A stretch of DNA of 55,724 bases. Source: a virus. Taxonomy: Duplodnaviria; Caudoviricetes. Each line of letters begins with the position of its first letter. Position 1 is the stretch's first letter. The stretch is from positions 1-55,724 of the IMG/VR virus record IMGVR_UViG_3300014822_000096; one strand, 5' to 3'. Position numbers and translations under genes: made by a program. Of this stretch, positions 49,639-55,724 are shown one piece after another. A model generated the notes under the pieces. That model saw nothing but the letters and a program-made list of their open reading frames with translations, did not search any database and had not been told where the DNA came from.

Positions 49639-51615
49639 TCATAGAGCGGTCTTCACTTCACCCCCCGATTCTACTGTACGGAGCACTGTCCGTCTAGCGT
49701 CGCGTGATCGGAGGATTTCGGCGAGCACGTCCGCTCTGTGGGCGTAGGGAATGCCGGACTCGTCCACCGTGGCGCCGTTGCGGATGCGTTCGAGGATGTC
49801 TTCGAGCGATTCCTCCTCTGGGCCCGTGTCCGGTCGCTGCAGAGCTGCAGGCGTGCGCACGATGTGTTGGGGCATGGCGAGCACCGTGTCGATCAGGTCG
49901 TCGTGGCGGAGACCGCAGTCCTGCGCAGTCGGATTGAACCCTTCGATCTGGAGGAAGAGGTCAGACCACGGCTGACGGTCTCGCATGAAAAACGGCAACT
50001 TGATCTTGCCGTAGTCGAAACGCCACTTGGCGGACGCGATGCGGGACGCCTTATCCGTGAAGCCAGGTTTGTAGGGCACGATGGCCGGCGTGTGGGACAC
50101 GCCCATTGTGGAGATGGCGTCCGTGCGGATGGACGCAAGGAGTGCGTCGCACAACTGGATGCCCTCGCGGATAGCCTCGGGGTGGATGGTGGGGACACGC
50201 CACTTCTCCGCCATAGCGAGGATGGCGTGAATCTGTTCATCCAGCGTGCAGCGGGACTGCCACAGGTCGAGCACGAACTGCGAACCGGATGGATGTATGG
50301 CGATGACTGCGGCGGTCTTGTAATCGGACGTTGGACCTGTGGACCATGAGGTGTCCGAAGTCATGAAGACGAGGCATTGCGAGAGCAAATCGGGGAGGGT
50401 GGCGTCGTGGGTCTCGCCATCTTCCATCCACTCGATGACGGCGGACGACTTGAGCGGCTCGGTGTTCAGGAAGCCGTCTCCTGTGCCCTTGCGTATCCAC
50501 CAGCCGTGCGTGTGCTCCGAGAGTTCGCCGAAGTGCAGACCGTCTCCTGCGCCTGGCGCGCCCATCATCTCGGCGGCCCACACGTCAGGCCCCATCTCTC
50601 GCCTGACCTCGCCCACGGTGCGGACGGAGGCGTCGAGGCCAAGGCGTTCACGTTCGGCTGCGTCGATGGGGATGAGGTGAGGCCAGAACGAGTGTTCGCG
50701 TCCGTCCTTGTCCTTGTAGATGGCGGGCACGAACATCTTGCTCCACGAGCGGAAGATGGGCATTTCGCCGATCTGCGAGCCGTCTGGACCGACGACAGTC
50801 TGCATGGCCGACCACAGCAGGTGTCTACGGCTCACGAATGTGCCCAGCCACATGAGTTGGCTGTCCATGTGTGTCATCATGGGCAGGATGATGCGCGTGA
50901 TGAGGCGTTGCATCTGGGCGCGGAGTTTCTCCATCGACGTGGAGCCGGCGGGATCGTATTCGGGATCGTCGAGGACATAGAGCAGTGGGCGTAGGCCGCG
51001 CTGGCGGGAATCGACGCCCGTGAAGCGAATCTGCGAGCGGTTGACGAGCGAGAAGTAATCGACGCCCGTTGAGCCTTGACCGGACGGCGGCTTGAGCGTG
51101 CCTGCGTCGTATTCGGGTCCGAAGTCTTCAGCGATGCGGGGATTCATGTAGCACTGCTCGCGAAGCCTCTCGGCGTGTGGCTTGTAGACGGACTCAGTGG
51201 ACGTGCAATAGACGCACTTGTAGACGGGTCTTGTGACGAGTCGGAGCAGGATTTCCTTGAGCGTTGTCGTAGACTTGGCGGAGCCGCGGGGGAGGACAGC
51301 CATGCTCAGGCGGTGCGTGGCGTGCATCCGCATGAGGAGTTTGTGACACAGCGGTGTCGGCAGAGGATCGGCCTCGTAGAAGTACGAGTTGAAGATGGTG
51401 TTGCCGTCTTCGTCGTATTCGGGTCGGAGATAGTAGGAATCCATGAAGGTGACGGAGGCTTCGTAGAGCGTCGCCTTCTCTTCAGTCGTACGCGCCTTGA
51501 TGAGCCACTGTCTGCATGCGTTGACGCGAGCGAGCCGCTTGCCCTCCTCGGTCAGGGAGTCATAGTCGGGCGGCAGCGGCCAGTTGGGTCCATGCTTTAC
51601 ACGCTTCGCGAGCAT
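49639..51615 (-). CDS. terL: terminase large subunit
   Basis: Walker A LPRGSAKST, RGLRP..YVLDDPE, nuclease SDTS...SDY and HDDLIDT. Confidence 0.9.
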   Translation of the reverse strand: MLAKRVKHGPNWPLPPDYDSLTEEGKRLARVNACRQWLIKARTTEEKATLYEASVTFMDSYYLRPEYDEDGNTIFNSYFYEADPLPTPLCHKLLMRMHATHRLSMAVLPRGSAKSTTTLKEILLRLVTRPVYKCVYCTSTESVYKPHAERLREQCYMNPRIAEDFGPEYDAGTLKPPSGQGSTGVDYFSLVNRSQIRFTGVDSRQRGLRPLLYVLDDPEYDPAGSTSMEKLRAQMQRLITRIILPMMTHMDSQLMWLGTFVSRRHLLWSAMQTVVGPDGSQIGEMPIFRSWSKMFVPAIYKDKDGREHSFWPHLIPIDAAERERLGLDASVRTVGEVRREMGPDVWAAEMMGAPGAGDGLHFGELSEHTHGWWIRKGTGDGFLNTEPLKSSAVIEWMEDGETHDATLPDLLSQCLVFMTSDTSWSTGPTSDYKTAAVIAIHPSGSQFVLDLWQSRCTLDEQIHAILAMAEKWRVPTIHPEAIREGIQLCDALLASIRTDAISTMGVSHTPAIVPYKPGFTDKASRIASAKWRFDYGKIKLPFFMRDRQPWSDLFLQIEGFNPTAQDCGLRHDDLIDTVLAMPQHIVRTPAALQRPDTGPEEESLEDILERIRNGATVDESGIPYAHRADVLAEILRSRDARRTVLRTVESGGEVKTAL

Positions 51616-51628
51616 GGCGTGACGGTGG

Positions 51629-51925
51629 TTACGTCGGCTGATTCGCCGATTGGGGCGACAGCGCGAGCATGTGGAGCATGGAGCAGGTCATGCGGATGTA
51701 GAGGCGGAGGAGGCCGTAGACGGTTCGCGCTCCGTAGTTGTTGTTGGCGAGCGAGCGCATGCAGTTCTGACCGAGCTCGCCCTTGGCCAGCGCTCGGATG
51801 CGTTGGCAGTGCTGTTCGACTGCGTCTGCGGGTATGAGGGCGACGCTCTTCTCAGGCTGGTCATAGCCCAGGTTTTCGTAGTAGAGCATCATCTCGGCGT
51901 GGACTATGGAGACGAGGCGATCCAT
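51629..51925 (-). CDS. hypothetical protein (C-terminal part of the 51629-52501 frame)
   Basis: protein-like sequence from MDRLVSIV; true start unclear. Confidence 0.45.
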   Translation of the reverse strand: MDRLVSIVHAEMMLYYENLGYDQPEKSVALIPADAVEQHCQRIRALAKGELGQNCMRSLANNNYGARTVYGLLRLYIRMTCSMLHMLALSPQSANQPT

Positions 51926-51944
51926 CTCCAGGCTGCAGAGCGCG

Positions 51945-52511
51945 TCAACCGTCAACGCCACGATCGAGTCGATGGGAGTCGTCTGGGTCGTCTGGGGGGT
52001 CGTCTGGGGGGTCGTGGACGGCTGAGAGTCCGTTGTCTCCCTGGCTGTGGGAGGGGGGCTCTGGCGGGATGAAGGCGATGTGTTCGCCGGTGATGTCTTC
52101 CGCGATGTGGTCTTCGATGGCGGCATGGTCTTCGATCTCCTGTGTGGGCGTCGCCTTGTCGAGGATTTTACGGGCTGAGAGCCGCATCTCCACGGTGCCG
52201 TCGGCGTTCTTGCGGTATTCGGCGTGGGCCATGCGTCCGGAGGCTTCGACGCACGCGGCGATGACTGCGCGGAGTTCTCGGGATGCGGAGAGGGTTTCCT
52301 GCGGCTGGCCTGCGCGGAAGATGTCGATGAGTGTGGATGTCCACTCCTGCATTGTGAACCCGTTGCGTGCGCATGCGGCCTCGACGGCGGAGATGTCGAG
52401 GAGGGATTCGACGCGGTATGGCGAGATGGCCGCGGACGCCTTGGCGGCGGCCTTGGCGGCGGCGTTGGACGGGGCCATTGCACGGGGATGGTCAGGGTCA
52501 CGAACGGTCAT
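51945..52511 (-). CDS. candidate terminase small subunit
   Basis: helical core upstream of terL; synteny only. Confidence 0.4.
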   Translation of the reverse strand: MTVRDPDHPRAMAPSNAAAKAAAKASAAISPYRVESLLDISAVEAACARNGFTMQEWTSTLIDIFRAGQPQETLSASRELRAVIAACVEASGRMAHAEYRKNADGTVEMRLSARKILDKATPTQEIEDHAAIEDHIAEDITGEHIAFIPPEPPSHSQGDNGLSAVHDPPDDPPDDPDDSHRLDRGVDG

Positions 52512-52514
52512 GGC

Positions 52515-53072
52515 TCAGTCGTCGATGGGCTCTTCGGCGTCTCCGTTGACGTACGCTGTCACTGCGCCGTTGCGGCGTCTCTGGGAACGCTCCATGCGCA
52601 GTGCGCGGACGGTGTTGGCTGCGATGGAGTCTATGGCTGCTCCATACTGGGAGCGGAGGTTACGGAGTTCCTTGACTGTGCTCGCCTCCATACGATGCAT
52701 GGTCATGAGGTCGAGGATGGCGTCGCGCATGTCCTGGACTTCGGGATTGTCGAGGCGTGTGCGGAACGGGTGTGTGCGCCGTGATGGGTGCTTGGCGGGG
52801 TAGGAGCCGGGCGCGGCGAAGTCCCTCTGGCCCAATGCGGTGACGCAGTGGAGCGCGGCGGCGAGAGTGTAGATGTTGATGTGCTTTGAGCCGTTGGGCG
52901 CATAGATGACGGGCACGCCGATGGCGCGGAGGAACTTGTAGAACGTTCGCTTCGTCTTGAAGCCGAGGTCCAGGAAGTGTCTGTGAACGTCGTCCAGGTT
53001 GCAGAGCATGAGTCCAGGCGCGATGGAGACCATGCGCATGGGTCGCTCCGGATTGATGTGGGCTACGGACAT
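52515..53072 (-). CDS. hypothetical protein, possibly DNA-binding
   Basis: ATG at 53072 (MSVAHINP); basic segments. Confidence 0.6.
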   Translation of the reverse strand: MSVAHINPERPMRMVSIAPGLMLCNLDDVHRHFLDLGFKTKRTFYKFLRAIGVPVIYAPNGSKHINIYTLAAALHCVTALGQRDFAAPGSYPAKHPSRRTHPFRTRLDNPEVQDMRDAILDLMTMHRMEASTVKELRNLRSQYGAAIDSIAANTVRALRMERSQRRRNGAVTAYVNGDAEEPIDD

Positions 53073-53091
53073 GGGACGAGTCGGTGTTGCG

Positions 53092-53973
53092 TCACGGTTG
53101 CGCTGGCTGGGGAATGGGCGGTCCGACAGGCGGCTGAGCTGCAGCCTGGTTGAGGGCTTGTGCGGTGGGGAAGAGTCTGTTGAAAACCTCTGGATTGAAT
53201 GTGGACGCGTTGGCGGGAGGCACTGGTCCAGAGGCATTGAAGATATCGGTGGGATTGAGGTTGGAGGACGGGGGTAGGGACGCAGCGAAGGATGCGCGTC
53301 GGAAGGCGTCTCCGAACTGTGCGGCTGCCGCGAAGTCTGGTGTTGGCTCCTGTGGTATGATGACTCTCGCATCGGGCTGTGGGAGGGGGGGAGGGTTTTC
53401 TGAGTTGAGCACTTGCGACACAGCGTTGATGCGGGCGCGGCGGGCTGCGATGACTGCGGCTTGCCGAGCGGCGGATGGTGAGATTTCACCTGACTCGATG
53501 CGAGGTTGGAGGGTTTGGAGCGCGTCGGCGAAGGCTGCTCTGGCTGCGTTCTGGATGGAGGTCCTCGCCTGGTTGAAACGTTGCGCGGGTGTGAGGGACT
53601 GTTGTGCGGCTGGGGCTGCCTGGACGCTCTGTGGCGCTTGTGTCGCTGGAGCGTTTGGGCTTGGCTGTGGGAGGGGGACATTGAAGGGCGCCGTTGAGCG
53701 CGAGCCTGCGGTGGTCTTGGAAGAGGCGCGGGATGATTGTGCTGGCTTGGTGGGTGCGCTGGGTGGATTGACGGGATTGAGGACGACGGAGGGGGTGGAG
53801 GTAGATTGCTGGTCCGTCTGGGCTGGGGAGGGGGGTTGGCCTGGTTGGGCTTGTGGCGTGATGACGACGTTGACTGAGGGGCGCTGGTTGGGCTGGGGGA
53901 GGTCTAGTGTGAGGATGCCCTTGAGCGGCTCTGAGAAGTCGAGCATGGGCGTGGGCGTCGAGAATCCGGACAT
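53092..53973 (-). CDS. Pro/Gln/Ala-rich, largely disordered protein
   Basis: AGGAG RBS; ATG at 53973. Confidence 0.6.
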   Translation of the reverse strand: MSGFSTPTPMLDFSEPLKGILTLDLPQPNQRPSVNVVITPQAQPGQPPSPAQTDQQSTSTPSVVLNPVNPPSAPTKPAQSSRASSKTTAGSRSTAPFNVPLPQPSPNAPATQAPQSVQAAPAAQQSLTPAQRFNQARTSIQNAARAAFADALQTLQPRIESGEISPSAARQAAVIAARRARINAVSQVLNSENPPPLPQPDARVIIPQEPTPDFAAAAQFGDAFRRASFAASLPPSSNLNPTDIFNASGPVPPANASTFNPEVFNRLFPTAQALNQAAAQPPVGPPIPQPAQP

Positions 53974-53985
53974 GGAGGTTCTCCT

Positions 53986-55542
53986 GTGACGTACGCGGAT
54001 GATGAACATGATAGCAGGGAAGGCTCGACCGTGGAGCGAGGGTCTGTGCTGGAGTTGCGGTCGGTGGCGCCCATGAAGGTGGCGAGGGCGCTACTTGGCA
54101 GGATGGATGTGTGCCTGGGGGATGTGGCGGGTGTGCATGCGGTGTACGAGAAGGATGGGATGCACTACCTGTGGAGCGGGTCGCAATGGAAGGAGATCGA
54201 GGAGAAGGCTCTTGAGGACTTCGTGTGGTTTTGTTTGGAGGACGCGGTGGTCGTCTCGGGTGACGATGATGAGGGAGATGGTGAGGAGGGGCGGAAGAAA
54301 CTGAATCCTGGCGTGCACTATGTGTGGGAGGTCGTGAGGGCGTTGCAGGCGCTGGTGCGGTTCCCGTATGTGTGGGAGCCTGCGTGGGTGGGCAAGACGC
54401 CGGAGCAGCTTGAGGCGTTGCCGGACCCTGAGCATGTCGTGGCGTTCGAGGACGTGTTGGTGGACGTTGCGGGCTCGGCGAAGGCAGGAACATGGCGGGT
54501 GATGGAGCGAGGGCCGGACTTCTTCACAACGGCTGTGCTGCCGTGTCGGTGGGAGGATGCGCTGGAGTGTGGATGTCCGACGTGGGAGCGGGCGATGGAC
54601 GAGTGGGGGTGCGGCGATCCTGTGTGGACCGAGCTCAGGGAGCGGGTGTACGGGTATGGGCTGATGCGGACTCGGAAATATTCGAAATGGCTGCTTGAGT
54701 ATGGGAAGGTTAGGGGAGGCAAGGGGACTGGGACGAGGGTGCTGCGATGGTTGCTCTCAGGCAGTCAGTTCATGGGCACCAAGATGGATGAGCTCGCGGA
54801 CAGGTTTGGACTCGATGGTGTGGAGAACTGCCGCGTGCTCGTGATCAGCGAGGCGCATGATCTGGATGGGAGGACGGGGTCGAGGCTCGCCAGTGTGATC
54901 AAGAGCATCGTGGGCGGCGATCCCGTGGTCATCAACGTGAAGCATCGGCGACAGAAGGCGAACGTGGTGCTCAGGGCGCTTCCGATTGTGCAGACTAATC
55001 CGATGTTGAGTCTGCCGAATGACGCGAGGGGTCTGAGCAGCAAGATGCTGGCGCTTGAGTTTCGGCGGAGTTTTGAGGGCGCTGAGGATTTTGGGCTGGA
55101 CGAGAAGCTGCGAAAGGAGTTGCCAGGGATAGCGAGGAGGTTCGTGGAGGCGGCTGTGCGGCTGGAGGCGAGCGAGTCTGGAGAGAAGTTCGTGATGCCT
55201 GAGCGGAGCATGGCGGTGGTGCACAGGTTCGATGTGGAGAGCAATGCGTTCGATGCGTTCCTGAGCGATTGCTTCGTGCAGGCGCCGAAGGGGTGGGTGA
55301 ATGCGGATGAGATCAGGCGGTTGCGGCGCATGTGGGAGGAGGAGACGGGATGCAGACTGTTGGATCGGTCAAGGTCGTCCGTGAGCGACCAGATGCTGTT
55401 GCGGCGATTGTGCGAGTATTCGACGTGGAACCTCGCGATGGCGCGGCGGTCGTGGGTGGATGCTGAAGGGACACAGCGGGTTTCGCGTGGACTGCAGGGC
55501 TTGGCTGTGCGGCGTAATATTGAGATAGGCGAAATCGAGTAG
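53986..55542 (+). CDS. SF3 helicase (D5/P4-type) without a primase domain
   Basis: D5_N-like region (VAFEDVLVD, PDFFTT..LP), Walker A GKVRGGKGT, VISE, KSIVGGDPV.INVKH and motif C VQTN. Confidence 0.88.
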   Translation: MTYADDEHDSREGSTVERGSVLELRSVAPMKVARALLGRMDVCLGDVAGVHAVYEKDGMHYLWSGSQWKEIEEKALEDFVWFCLEDAVVVSGDDDEGDGEEGRKKLNPGVHYVWEVVRALQALVRFPYVWEPAWVGKTPEQLEALPDPEHVVAFEDVLVDVAGSAKAGTWRVMERGPDFFTTAVLPCRWEDALECGCPTWERAMDEWGCGDPVWTELRERVYGYGLMRTRKYSKWLLEYGKVRGGKGTGTRVLRWLLSGSQFMGTKMDELADRFGLDGVENCRVLVISEAHDLDGRTGSRLASVIKSIVGGDPVVINVKHRRQKANVVLRALPIVQTNPMLSLPNDARGLSSKMLALEFRRSFEGAEDFGLDEKLRKELPGIARRFVEAAVRLEASESGEKFVMPERSMAVVHRFDVESNAFDAFLSDCFVQAPKGWVNADEIRRLRRMWEEETGCRLLDRSRSSVSDQMLLRRLCEYSTWNLAMARRSWVDAEGTQRVSRGLQGLAVRRNIEIGEIE

Positions 55543-55625
55543 TGCGGCAGGTTGGATCAGGGTAAGGACCCCCCTCCCACAGCAGTGGTTGTTGTGGTGT
55601 GCGGGGTCTGGAATGGAGGTATGAC

Positions 55626-55724
55626 CATGAGCGGCGACGTGTACGTTGGGATGTTTCGGAATCGTACGGTGCAGCTGGTGGATCAGTGCATTTTGTCTGC
55701 TGTTGAGACAGGTGACGAGATCGC
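55626..55724. repeat. 99-bp terminal direct repeat, copy 2
   Basis: identical to 1-99. Confidence 0.97.

Noticed and set aside
32048-51837. Many long + strand ORFs opposite the structural genes (e.g. 36387-37814, 44584-45738)
   Set aside because: They are antisense shadows expected in high-GC coding DNA, with R/P/H-rich unnatural composition.
53150-53989. + strand 279-aa ORF as the missing primase
   Set aside because: It is a G/A/C-rich shadow of the minus-strand Pro-rich gene and has no primase motifs.
55626-55724. Biological direct terminal repeat
   Set aside because: It is exactly 99 nt and falls at the start of a gene, typical of an assembler k-mer overlap.

Overview
This window looks like a complete, circularly permuted genome of a tailed dsDNA bacteriophage. 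The first 99 nt are repeated exactly at 55626-55724, giving a unit length of about 55,625 bp. The + strand (about 2.2-31.6 kb) carries early and accessory genes and a replication/recombination module: Csx16-like protein, duplicated cassettes, XRE HTH, ParB-N, Dam-family MTase, UDG, PolA, ERCC4 nuclease, PD-(D/E)XK nuclease, Sak4-like ATPase, probable SSB and GroES. The - strand (31.6-54 kb) carries terminase, portal, scaffold, capsid, tail and internal-virion genes with a podovirus-like layout. An SF3/D5-type helicase on + and a probable origin lie around the contig junction. I found no integrase, CRISPR array, reverse transcriptase, recognisable primase or recognisable endolysin. The strongest unexplained signal is a non-palindromic 15-mer, GCTGTGGGAGGGGGG, found 28 times by eye (23 exact) on both strands, in several reading frames and between genes. 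Other highlights are a phage-borne Csx16-like candidate ring nuclease, a tRNA-like gene with an 8-nt anticodon loop, and three paralogous proteins, two with P12 and P18 linkers. All protein calls come from motif recognition and synteny; no database search was run.
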